DNA of 64,000 nt from Ostrea edulis (lineage: Eukaryota): positions 10,292,001 to 10,356,000 of the forward strand of contig NC_079169.1 in assembly GCF_947568905.1 (NCBI RefSeq), read 5' to 3'. The notes beneath the pieces were generated by a model. It worked only from the letters and a program-made list of their open reading frames with translations. It was not told where the DNA came from and made no database searches. Of the stretch, positions 13,446 through 26,199 are shown one piece after another; position 1 is the stretch's first letter, and each line of letters starts with the position of its first letter. The translations under genes were made by a program, and so were the position numbers.

Positions 13446-13487
<42 letters not shown>

Positions 13488-16400
13488 TATATATATATTA
13501 ATTAGAATTCCTCAATACCGTGGCGGTACGGGTTAGAATAGGTCCTTATTACCCCCTTGCCTGTTATTATCATTATTTTTATTTTATTATGTTTATTCAG
13601 ACAAAGCATCAGATAATTTACAAATATACATTGTAAAATACATCAATAATGTCAATTATGGATCACAAATGAATTTTTGGTACATTGCGATCATATGCAC
13701 GCATTAGCACTCCAGATATTATCACAGCTATAGCCACCAACATCATTATCAAAGTACATGATTATCACAGTACCAGGTCTTATCACAGACAATATAAATT
13801 ATATACTCTAAATAAATCTTTGCCTAGGATAACCCATGAAAGCAATTTATAATTCTTGCTTATTTTCAATGGGGTCTTAAGATGTTATAAGTTAATTATA
13901 GATTACGTATGACTAAGACAGCATAGACAAAAATACGATTGAGCATTAGATGATTTGCCTAACCCAAATTAAGTAAAATTATGTACATTTTTGATTATAT
14001 ATTGATACAAAATATTTTTTAAAATATATCATTATACATCATAAAAAGCATTATATATAAATGCTTTCTTCCCTCCTACGAGCTTCTTCTGCAAGATGCA
14101 ACTTGACAGCAGATTTAAATCTAGTTCTATTAGCTAAAGGTTTTACTTCCAAAGGAAGATAAATCCAGTTTAAAATGGCATAATAATAAAATGAACTATT
14201 GTAGGCCCTAACCCTAGGAATATGATAATTAAAATTGGAGGCTCTTCTAGTAGCATTACCATTTCTGTCCAATTTCTCATGTACATGTAAATAATTTGGT
14301 GTAAGACCATGGTTGATGTTAAAGACATGGTTGAGTCTTAATTGTTTAATACGATCTGCTACACAGAGTGTGTTTATTGAATCTAAAATATCACAATTTA
14401 TACTAGTTCTGGGGTTCAGATTTAAGATTAATCTTATTATTTTGTTTTGAAGAACTTGTAGCTTTTTCTTCAAGGATTTAGATAAGCTTTTATACCATGC
14501 AGAAGAGCAATAGTCAAAGTAGCACTGAACAAGTGCAGAAGATAATGTTAACCATGACCTTTTATTCAACCACTTTCCATTTCTATAAAGAAACTTAAGT
14601 CTGGAGTTGACCTTGGACACAATCTTATCCACTATGAGATGACATTTTAAAACTTTATTAATTGTTATTTCCAGATATTTGACGAACTCACTAGATTTAA
14701 TAACATGACCGTGACATTTAACCTCAATCTGATCTTCATATTTTAGCTTGCGATTATAAAGGGCCAAAAAGAATAGCCTCTGTTTTTCCAAGATGGAGAG
14801 ATAACTTGTTATCTATAAGCCACTCGGAACATCTCTCTAACACTTTACCAAGTTTATCAGAGATCGCATTTGGGTCTCTGTGTGAGCACAAAATTACACT
14901 GTCATCTGCATATAGGATAAGGTTACAGTCTGCATCTATACTGATACACATATCGTTTACATAACATAAAAAACAACAAAGGACCCAATATGCTTCCTTG
15001 AGGTACACCACAAGTAATAACCTCTGTCTTTGAAAGAACACCTCCACACCCTACCACTTGAGATCTGCCGGTTAAATAAGATTTAAACCGTTGGTTGTCT
15101 ATTCCCATAATTTCTAATTTATTACCTAAGATTTCATGGTCCACCGTGTCAAAGGCTTTTTGTATGTCTAACATAACCATTCCTGTAAATAATCCTTTAA
15201 GAGTTGTTGTCCCTTATATGATCTAATTGATGAATTAAACATGTATCAGTTGAAAATTTACTTCGAAACCCGAACTGAAGCTTATATAACATGTTATTAT
15301 TATGTAAAAAAAAAAAAATCCTTAAGTTGACAATAAACACTCTTCTGTAATATATTTGACGCCACACTTAAGATACTAACTGGTCTATAGTTTCCCACTT
15401 GTAATGGACTACCCTTTTTGAATAAGGGCTTTACCCTAGTCTGCTTCATACTTTCTGGTACTCTTCCAGAATTAATTGAGTGATTGATGATTAAAGTTAT
15501 AGGAGTTTTTAGTACACTTGCACCTAGTTTTAAAATTTTGCTGACATATCATCAAGACCAGTGCTTTTTGCTGTGCTGAGACCAAGAAGTTCTTCAAATA
15601 CAAAAGTTTCAGACACTGAACCTGGAATAAGGGTATTGTTGTGAAAATTTCTATCTGAATAAAAACTTCTTTACACAATTTGACATGACATTAAATGTAC
15701 CCTTTGTAGTGGGCAGGGCTCCCACAAGTTTTGATGTAACTGTAGTAAAAATGATTAGCGATTTCCTAATCATCATGGCAAACATCATCCTTAATATTCA
15801 AAACATTTTTTTCTTCTTTCTTTTGGTTTCTATAACCCAAATCTTTCAACTGTTCCCAAAGTTTTTTTTAGGATTATCCTTATTTTCTTCAAGTTTATCA
15901 GATACCTATTCTGATCTTGCTTTTTTAAATCTTTCTTTGAAATAAATTTCTAACTCGTAAATTTTTTTCTGATCTTCATCCTTTTTACTTTTTCTAAAAA
16001 TATTCAAAAGCTTATGTCTTTCATCTGTAGGATCTAAGATTTCATGATTTATCCATGGTTCTGTTCTCTGTTTCAACCTCACTTGTTTTACAGATGCAAA
16101 TCTATTGACAATGTTTAAAAATATCCTGTTGCAAGAGACGACTAAATAGGGCGGTCCTTCGGTTGAGAACGCAAAAACCGAAGTCCCGTTTCACTGTAGG
16201 TGTGGTACGATAAAGATCCCTTCCTGCCCAAAGACTGTTTTGGATAAAAAAAAAGATATAGCTCAAGTTTTATATTCGAAAAATCAAGCTATAGAACAAA
16301 TTCAGCAATATCATGTCGCTGTTTTGGGAGACTAAAGGTAATCAATGCAGATATAACATGCATGGTGGTTTTGTAGATAAATTATCGTAGAATAGAACGG

Positions 16401-17743
16401 TAGTAAATACATTTACATAACATATTCCTTGGAAGTAAAAATACCGGAATTCTCGGGGGGGGGGGGGGGCTTTGTTCTGAGTAATTTCAAGTTACATGCA
16501 AGTACCTTGTGTTAATTCTTAGTATACAGCTGACGTCACCTTATCTCTCTGCTATCTGTGGTAGAAAATGAAAGTAGACTGGAGAGTGAAAATGGTTGAT
16601 TTTAATTGAATTTGTTTCTTCACATCTAGGATTCGCCGTTTTAGAGATTCTGGTTTCAGGTATGCATCCCAACAACTTCGAAGGAGTGTAAACCAAAGTT
16701 GCGAAGGCGAGTCTGAGTGCTAAAGCGAAATTAGTTCACATATGTTACGTCACATCCGCGTTTTCACTCTTTCAACCTCGCAAAATCGCTCCGTAGCCCC
16801 GCAGTTTCGCTAGTTCGCTCTAGCAGTCCTTAATTCGTCCTTAACGCGGAGAAAAAGAGCAAGGGAATTGGTCAAGACATTATACCAACTATTATTTCAT
16901 TACCTAACCTACACTATAAATTAAAGTAATTTCTAACTGTTATTTCATTACCTAACCTACTCTATAAATTAAAGTCATTTCTAACTGTTATTTCATTACC
17001 TAACCTACTCTATAAATAAAGATTATCTCTGTTTCCCTAGGTTTAATTATGATTTTTCATATAATATCTATATAATATTTAGCAGTCGCATTGTTTCTCG
17101 GACTGTGTATAAGCGTTCATGTGATCTAAATGTTGTTTATCAAACGACAGACCTACTTTTGATATGGCTAGTTACCGAGAACGATTGGCTGGATCTTTTG
17201 AATAATACGTGACAAAATGGTGTTAATATTGTTACAGATATTAAAAAAAAGAAAAGAAACACTGGATATTAGTTGCATTGAATAGAAGGTTAGGATCACA
17301 ACACTTACTTCATGGATTCTTAGCTTCTCTCGGTTGGGTAGAAGACCTGGGAAACTAGATTGCCCTCGGCCTTCTGCAACAGTTTCCCTGGTTTTCTCTG
17401 CTAACTTCGGCACAACAATATTACTGTTCACTAAGAAGTCATGCAGTAAGTGTATAATATTCTACAACGATGATTGTGGTGATACTGAGAGTTGTAGATC
17501 ACTGAATGCAATACTTACACCGGCATCGAACCAGCTGGCTGTGGTGTGACTGAAAAAATAACATTTGTCCTGCAAGCGCATCCAGCCCACATGACAGCCT
17601 AAAAATAAATAGAGAGAAGAAAATGAAAAGATACAATGTTTGAGACAATTCATGCTACCTTTAAAAAGTGAAATTTCCTTACTTTCCGGCTGTGAAGAAA
17701 CCACTAGGATAAAGGAAAATATAATAATACAAGAACACCTCAT
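11976..17743 (-). CDS. C-type lectin CTL-2 (perlucin-like, secreted, EPN/WAD motif), 4 exons, 149 aa
   Basis: Exons 17743-17683 (MRCSCIIIFSFILVVSSQPE), 17598-17519 (SCHVGWMRLQDKCYFFSHTTASWFDAG), 12541-12454 (DACAQFRSKLAEPRTVTESNFLKSHCQAL), 12196-11976 (NVNMWIGISD...GPGEPNAHTDQNC...WADHTC...FICEADAA*). Introns are GT-AG and phases match. The exon 1 donor is the least certain. Confidence 0.88.
12765..12805 (-). ncRNA. Degenerate hammerhead motif, same family as 4514-4556
   Basis: Minus strand reads CTGAAGA-AGAGACGGGTCATCCC-GAAA-ATTT-GACAAT with a similar downstream tail, but the 5' side of stem I is not complementary. Confidence 0.4.
13517..13565 (+). mobile_element. 5' part of a SINE split by a LINE (rest at 16125-16245)
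   Basis: ccgtggcggtacgggttagaataggtcc...ccccttgcctgtt matches the start of the 34499 SINE. It continues after the LINE as cctgttgcaagagacgactaaat. Confidence 0.75.
13566..16124 (-). mobile_element. 5'-truncated CR1/L2-group LINE with frameshifted RT, in CTL-2 intron 2
   Basis: LDIQKAFDTVDH, GVPQGSILGPLLF, LYADDS, LSLHLGKTEAILFG, YFDYCSSAW. A-rich 3' tail at ~13566 and a CCTGTT target duplication (13560-13565, 16125-16130). Confidence 0.9.
16890..17020. repeat. 48-bp tandem repeat, ~3 units
   Basis: ttatttcattacctaacctac recurs at 16892, 16940 and 16988. Confidence 0.85.
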
Positions 17744-18394
17744 TCTTACAGAGAATTAAACATATGTGAAATGTCAGATAAGTTTGGTCTTGGTTACGGT
17801 TTCCGACCTTCGTTACCTCGACATAATGCCAGCAGTGATATGAATTTTATAGGCTAGATATTTTAAATATGAAAAGTTTTACTGTTTAATATGTTTTTAT
17901 GAATTTTCGAACATGTGGTACCCTCTGATTTAGAATATTATACATCGTGGATAAAATCCAAGTAATAAACTATTCGTTGTAAGTCCAACCATAATAATCC
18001 GTCTTGTTGCGAACTTGTGCTATTTTTCTCAGGTTTATTTGCTAACTCGAGTCTTATGCGTTATGTTCAAGTCTTATTTCATTTATCATTTACAATTGTA
18101 TATAGTTCATTTTACAACTACTATAAGCTCTTTACATGATATATAACCATAATTGATGGGTCATCTCTAGGACATGTATAAAAAAGTAAAGGAGAAAACA
18201 AGACGGATGATTAACATAACAAGAACATGTCGTATCAGAGTGAGGAAATAATTGAAATATTGGATTGATTGATTGTTTATGATTTTATGCCGTTTTGCAA
18301 TATTTCAGCCATTTTACGACGGTAAATATGCGAAAATATTTTTGAGTTCATGTGATAAGATAATATCACCAACAACCATAACTTTTAAGAATGA

Positions 18395-18758
18395 TATAGT
18401 TGATGGTACAGGGATTTCAACAGTCTCGATTGAAGTCAGCATTTCGCAAATTCTATGGTCGTTATAACGATCTAGTTCGTCAATACAACCTCGCATTGGG
18501 TCAAGTGCTGTCTGACGTGTTTCATACCGATTGTTAAGCCGTTCTTGGCACACTGATTTTGACTGCGGATAACTCCGTTTACCTGATCAGGTTATGGGGC
18601 TCACGGCGGGTGTGACCGGTCAACAGGGGATGCTTACTCCTCCTAGGCACCTGATCCCACCTCTGGTGTGTCCAGGGGTCCGTGTTTACCCAGCTATCTA
18701 TTTTGTATTGCTTATAGGAGTTATGAGATTGATCACTGTTCGTTATCTTCACCTTGCA
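18395..18758 (+). mobile_element. Naiad-type PLE 3' fragment
   Basis: Near-identical to the RT C-terminus and tail of 43286-43650. It ends cttcaccttgcat. Confidence 0.88.
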
Positions 18759-18899
18759 TATACATTATTATAAGCTTTCCTATAAAAGATACATTTTGAG
18801 GGTTTCCTCAAAACTTTTAACAGCATCATATAAGCGAAAGTACATTACTAAACTTTTGAAGAGTATGGCGGCTGCTACCTCAAATCGCCGATTACCCTG

Positions 18900-19640
18900 T
18901 CTTTGTTCGGGCGCGGGGTTTTTCTAGTGTGTATCGACTTGGTTCGTACACAGTGACGAGGTCTCTGATATAGACCGCTGCTAATTTGTATAGTGCACTG
19001 TATGTGGATAGAAGAATCTTGTATTCGACATGAAAATCAACCGGAAGCCAGTGTATGGATGATTGTTCATGCTCCTAGCGCGGACGGAAAGTCGAGATGT
19101 TGAATTCTGAATTATCTGCAGCTTGCTCAGATCTGTTTGGGGAAGCCTTTGAAATAGTGCATTTCTATAGTCTAAGCGTTATAACACAAGAGAAAATACT
19201 GGTGTCTTACAGGCGTCATCGTTGATGAAAGAACGAATGTGTGTCATATTGCGAAGATGATAATAACAGGAACGGGATATCGATTACACTGTCAAAAACA
19301 CCAAGGTTTCTAACACAGTTCGAGTTGGGAATAATGGTATTTCCAAAAAGGCAGTTGATAAGATGGTAATAGTTTTGATTGATTTTTGGAAGTAAATTCC
19401 ATCTTTTCTTCGTTGAGTTTTATTAGATCGACGTTCGTCAATGTGATCATGAAAATATCTGCTATGCATTCCTGTACTGGTATTCAATGTTTCTATAGGT
19501 CCGATAATTAAGTATACCTGGGTATCGTGCAATGACAGTAAAGGTATAATGATAAGTTTTATCACCCCTAAAACTTGACTGTCTAAACCAATCAGATTAC
19601 GCGTTGCATAGAATTTTCTCATACTGAGGTATAATAATAA
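18900..19640 (-). mobile_element. Degenerate L2/CR1-like LINE RT fragment
   Basis: Across frames: (D)DTQVYL, KLNEEK, GNTIIPNSNCVRNLGVF, IHWLPVDFHVEYKIL. Confidence 0.7.
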
Positions 19641-19710
19641 AAGTTAGCCTAGATATAAACAGAACAGGAATTCTTTTTATAGATTTCATATCCCTGAGGC
19701 TTGTGATTTG

Positions 19711-20652
19711 TTTTTAGTTCACCTGAACTGAAAGCTCAAGTGAACTTTTTTGATCGCCTGTTGTCCGTCTGTCTGTCTTTCCGTATGTACACTTTTTACA
19801 TTTTCGATTTCTTCTCCAGAACCACTGAACCAATCATAAACAAACTTGGCAAAAAGCATTCTTGGGTAAAGGGCTTTCAAGTTTGTTCAAATGAAGGGTA
19901 ATACCCCATCAACGGGGAGATAATCACAAAAATAGGGTGGGTCATTTAAAAATCTTCTCAAGAACCACTGGGCCAGAAGAGCTGAAATTTACATGAAAAC
20001 TTTCGGGCACAATGCAGATTCAATTTTGTCAAAATCATGACTCCCGGGAGTAAGATGAGGCGACAATAGGGGATCAAAGTTTTACATACAAATATGTGGG
20101 GGAACTATTGAAAAATCTTCTTCTCAAATAACCAATGAGCCAGAAAATCTTAGATTTACATGAAAGCTTCCTGACATAGTGCAGATTCAAGTTTGTTTTA
20201 AACTCGTGACCCCGGGGGTTAGGGTGGGGTCACAATAGGGGATCAAAGTTTTACATAACTAATAAATAGAAAAAATCTTTTAAAATGTTCTCCTTAAGAA
20301 CAATTGGGCTAAAGAAGTTTACATTTGCACAAAAGCTTCCTGACATAGTGTAGATTCAAGTTTATAAACAGCATGGTCCCCGGAGGTAAGATGGGACCAC
20401 AGTAAGGGATCAAAATTTTACATACAAATATATAGGGAAAATCATTAAAAACATTCTTCTGAGAAATCACTGGCCAGAAAAGTTTATATTTACATGAAAG
20501 CTTCATGACATAGTGTAGATTCAATTTTTAAAAAATCATGGCCCCCGGGAGTAGGTTGGGGCCGCAATAGGGATCAAAGTTTTACATGCGAATATATAGG
20601 AAAATTCCTTAAGTATAAGCCAAGGTGACGCAGGTGAGCGATGTGGCCTCTT
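19711..20652 (+). mobile_element. Helentron-associated non-autonomous element (HINE) with ~4 internal Cg170-like ~165-170 bp repeats
   Basis: tttttagttcacctgaactgaaagctc start, (GTCT)n microsatellite, repeated aaagcttcctgacatagtg...ggggatcaaagttttacat units and a caggtgagcgatgtggcctcttg end. This architecture is recalled from oyster repeats. Confidence 0.7.
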
Positions 20653-21465
20653 GATTTTACTTAGATGACCGACAAGACCCGTGGGTCTCATTTTTAAAAA
20701 AGTCAATTATTCATGTATAAAGGAACCAAACACGTTTTTCACATTATACATATTCACTGAAAGATAAAAGATAAAGCAAGAGGCAAACACAAAGTTTAAT
20801 CATTGAACTCTAATATTACAGTTTCTCTGAAGTACACCAGCAACAGACGCCTCAGCCGATAACGTCTACATTGGAGGCTCTGCAGAGAATTCAAAAGAAA
20901 AAATGTTCGGTAACAAAGGTAGTGATTTTATCTACAGAAAGGACAATAAGGTCACAATTTGCCGAGAATATCAAACATTTTATCGTAATATTACCCCCTT
21001 CCCATTTTTTATCTCAGTGTTAGCTTCAACTATCCTTATAGTGATAACGTGATTGTCTTTTGATATCAATAATAACGTCATAAATATACACCAGATTTTT
21101 TAACGTCCAGAAATGTGAACTGTTTGTACATCGAAAATTCGATGAATTATTATTTGAAAAATAATCCTAAATGCAATGCAATTTGCAAAGATTTCATCGC
21201 TTTGTTTGAATATGCTCACACTTATCATATTAAAATATGTCAAAAAAATAACAGTTTTGAATCGAATTGACAAAATCCAAGTGCAATTATTTGATTTATG
21301 ACGTCATAAACAAATCAAGGGATTACCAAAAAACATGCAAGAAATGTTTTAAGTATTAATTATCAACCAATGAGAATAAAATTTATTTAGGAATTTAATT
21401 AAAAATCAAAGAGTGGACATTATTGCTCATATATGTTTGAATATGATAACTGATCTTTAAATATC

Positions 21466-24400
21466 TCACCCTCCGATTTCCTCACATATAAAATAAAAAC
21501 CAGTATAGGTGCATGCTGCATCGACCCACTTCCCATGTGCAGTCTGGTACATAGCGACACAGTTTTCTTTGGTATAAGCTGTGGGTTCCCCTGGGGAGAA
21601 GTTGTTAACCGTGATCTCCCCCATGTCTGATGAGTATATCCATCGATGTTCTTCCAGAATGTCAGATATGCCGATCCAATACTTTTTACCTAAATCACAA
21701 CAATTACTTAGTACAGTAATACTGACGTTTACATGGCAAACCACAAACTCTAGTGATCAACGAAGCTAAATTCTTTTTTAAAAAATATCTCTTTCTCTTC
21801 TCTCTGTATCTCTCCCGGTCATTCAGCAATAGGGCATGTTATCTGATTAAATACAGATCTCTGAAACAGTAACCAAGGCAGCTGGATTTCAATCAGATTG
21901 GGTATTTTATCATCGATAATGGGTAAACGTTTTTTCTCCTAACTTCTACAAATTTCAAACTTCCTCGAATTTCGAATCTTTCCCCGATTCTATTGGTCAT
22001 TAAGGTTCCGTCTGAGTTTAATTGACGGGTGCCTTCTATAATGGTCTACCCCAGTGCCCTCTACAACTTGTGAGTATCATACCGGGGTGTTATGCATGAA
22101 AATGTTTGTCGTAACATCAATACGAGACAACAAGCGACAAGCAGTCCGATGATGTACCTTATAGATTATCAAAATCACACTGAAACATTGCCCAAACAAA
22201 ATAGGTTTAAGAATGAATCTTTTAATGCTTTAAAATATATAGTACTGCAAACACTATTGCAGGGCATGCCAGACTTGTCTTTCTATAAAATGTAAATAAA
22301 AAATACTTTCATTTTCAATCCTAACGTTCTTCATCATCTTAAAGAAAAAAGAAATCTTCAAATAATCCCATTCGAAACAATACGAAATCACCCTTTTTAT
22401 CGATTGAAATTATGATGAAATAGATTTAGGGCTTGACCAGGTGTGCAGGTCTTTACAAACTGGGGAAGACTCGATTCAGTGAATAATGTGAACCATGAAG
22501 TCCTTGTGTTCAAGATCTTCATTTTGTGTTTATTGAATATACTGAACATCAAAGTTTGAGATATAGTTCAAAGAAACAGAGTTCCAACCTGTGCTTTGAC
22601 TGTGGCTTGTAAGAAAGTTCAATTCTCCATCCGTCCTCGGCTCGGCTAACTTTGTATGAAACTGTTGACATGTAGCCTATATTGGTACAAATATAAATGC
22701 ATTATTGCTATGGATCAGAACAAACCCTTACAGCGCAGCAGAATTTAATAACAAAAGGCAATTAAACAATTAATTATATTTATTTACAATTAATAATTCA
22801 AAGGAAATTGTAACAATAAATATCAAAATCCGTGCCGAACTGAATCTACACGCACAAAATACTTAATTCCAAAATCCTATTTCCCAGTATAATAAAAATC
22901 CAAAAAGAGCTTGTCTAAACCAGAGCTTTTTTTATCATAAAAATTCACAACATTGTCACTGTGTTCTTGATATAAAGCAGTACCGATTCCTACATCATTA
23001 TCATCTACAGTAAGCTTAAATTGCTTTAAAAAACCTGGAGGTGAAGGAACTAGACTACTCTTGAGAACAGATTTAATTTAACAAAATGGATCGTCGCAGT
23101 CATTTGCCCATAAAAAATTAGCCCTCTTTTGCAATAAGTGTTTAAGTGGACCAACTTTATAGAAAAATTTGGACCAAAGTTTCTGTAAAAGCCTGTCAAT
23201 TTATCAATTTATGATATTTGTTTACAATTGATAATTCAAAGAAAATTGTAACAATAGCAAAATACTGAATTACGGTAGTTGCATTGAACAATAAATATAA
23301 AAATCCGTGCCGAACTATATGTACACACACAAAATAGTTAATTCAAACATCCTAGTTCCCAGTATTATAAAAATCAAAACAGCTTGTCTAAACCAAAGCT
23401 CTTTTATCATAAAAATTCACAATGTATTTATGATAAGAATGAATTTTCTAGTACAATCTTGAAAGACAATGATGCAACCATTACGTTAATTTTCTACTAA
23501 AGTAAACATCAAGCTCTAGATCAATCTAGGTCACATGTATCAATTAAGTGCAAGTAGTACACAACAAGAAGTAAACATCGAGATCTAGAACAATCTAGGT
23601 CACAGGTGTCAATTGAGTGCAAGTAGTACACAACAATTATGTTTTAATGAAATGACACTTGGGGACTTAAACATTATTATATCCTTTCCTGGATGGATCC
23701 AATACAGTTACCTAACATTCATTCTGTCCAATACCACGAGCTTCCACAAATTATATTCAATACCACAAGCTTACACTAATCATATTCAAAACCACGAGCT
23801 TACACAAATTATATTCAATACTAAAAACTTACACTAATCATATTCAAAACCACGAGCTTACACAAATTATATTCAATATTGCCAGCTTACAAAGGTTATA
23901 TTCAATACAGCAAGCTTACACTAATTATATTTATTACCACGAGCTTACACAAATTATATTCAATACCAAAAGCTTACACTAATCATATTCAAAACCACGA
24001 GCTTACACAAATTACATTCAATACCAAAAACTTACACTAATCATATTCAAAACCACGAGCTTACACAAATTATATTCAATATTGCCAGCTTACAAAGGTT
24101 ATATTCAATACAGCAAGCTTACACTAATTATATTTATTACCACGAGCTTACACTAATTATATTCAATACAACGAGCTTACACTAATCATATTCAATATTG
24201 CGAGCTTACAAAAATTATATTCAATACCATGAGCTTACACTAATCATATTCAATACCTCGAGCTTACACAAATTATATTCAATACCATGTGCGTACACTA
24301 GTTATATTCAATACTGCAAGCTTACATAAATTATATTCAATACCACGAGCTTATGCTAATTATATTCAATACCGCCAGCTTACACTCATTATATTCAATA

Positions 24401-25510
24401 TGGCAAGATTACACTAATCATATTCAATACCGCAATCTTACACAAATCATATTCAATACCGCGAGAATACACTTATTATATTCAATACCGCGAGCTTACA
24501 CAAATTATATTCAATATCATGAGCTTACACTAATCATATTCAATATTGCGAGCTTACACAAATTCTATTCAATACCGTGACCTTACACAAATCATATTTG
24601 AAACTGCGAGCTTACACTTCTAATATTCAATATTTCGAGCTTACACATATTATTTTCAATACCGAGAGCTTACACTAATCATATTCAATACCGAGAGCTT
24701 ACACTAATCATATTCAATACCGAGAGCTTACACTAATCATATTCAATACCGTGATCTTATACTAATCAATGCCTTAACCTTACACTTTGAATACGAATAT
24801 AGAAACCCCTGGGGTCGTTTTTCAACGGGGCCACTAGTTAGTGTTACATCGGCGACTATATATTGCAATGGACGTCAATGAAAGGTGAAGATAACAAACA
24901 GTGATCAATCTCATAACTCCTATTAGCAATACAAAATAGACAGTTGGGCAAACACAGACCCCTGGACACACCAGAGATGGGATCAGATGCCTAGGAGGAG
25001 TAAACATTCCTTGTTGATCGGTCACACACGCCGTGTTTTAAAAGGTGACTAATAACCAGTACATACTATATATACGAGGATCATTAAAAATTATGTAGAC
25101 TTTTGCCAGACATGGTAGACATAATCAGACAATAAATGATATTTAATATTATTGAAGAATAATTGATATATCACGATATATCAGAAAATACTTTAAAACT
25201 TAAAACCGAAAAATGAATTCACAGCGATCTAGTTTGTCAATACAACCTCGCATTGGGTCAAATGCTGTCTGACGTGTTTCATACCGATTGTTAAGCCATT
25301 CTTGGCACACTGATTTGACTGCGGATAACTCCGTTTACCTGATCAGGATATGGGGCTCACGGCGCGTGTGACCGGTCAACAGGGGATGCTTACTCCTCCT
25401 AGGCACCTGATTCCACCTCTGGTGTGTCCAGGGGTCCGTGTTTGCCCAACTATCTATTTTGTATTGCTTGTAGGAGTTATGGGATTGATCACTGTTCGTT
25501 ATCTTCACCT

Positions 25511-25557
<47 letters not shown>

Positions 25558-25803
25558 ATATAAAACGCACTAAAAACAACCAGCGACATGAACAACGGTG
25601 AATTGTCAAATGTTCGGGACGAAATATGTAATATTCAATATGTAGACGCTTTGTTGTCAGCTTTTGTAGTGTAGTTGTAGTTTTAGTTTCCTTTTCTATT
25701 TAGTATTCTTTTTTATGTAAATAGCTTATTGTCCTGAAGAAGGGCAGGTTGTCCTGAAAATTTGACAATTCACTGTTGATCGTGTCGTTGGTCATTTTTA
25801 GTG

Positions 25804-25850
<47 letters not shown>

Positions 25851-26154
25851 CCAAATAGAAAGAGTTGATATCACACAGTCAAAATAATTCAATAAAAAAA
25901 ATCAGGAAAATATACAGTTCCAAAATATATTTAAATCACTAGCGCTTTCTGGATTTTAACATCCATCCTCAGGTGAATACAAATTTTAAATAATGAATAC
26001 AAAGTTGTTTATCTTAGAGACTCTAAGATAAACAACTTTGTATTCATTATTTAAAATTTGTATTCACCTGAGGATGGATGTTAAAATCCAGAAAGCGCTA
26101 GTGATTTAAATATATTTTGGAACTGTATATTTTCCTGATTTTTTTATTGAATTA

Positions 26155-26199
<45 letters not shown>

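Noticed and set aside
18580-18700. HDV-like ribozyme fold in the Naiad tail (GATCAGG/CCTGATC as P1, CTCCTCC as L3)
   Set aside because: There is no GG after P1 to form P1.1 and no convincing J4/2 catalytic C. A simple hairpin explains the pairing better.
19284-19622. 112-aa ORF as a host gene
   Set aside because: It is a frameshift mosaic of a decayed L2/CR1 reverse transcriptase.
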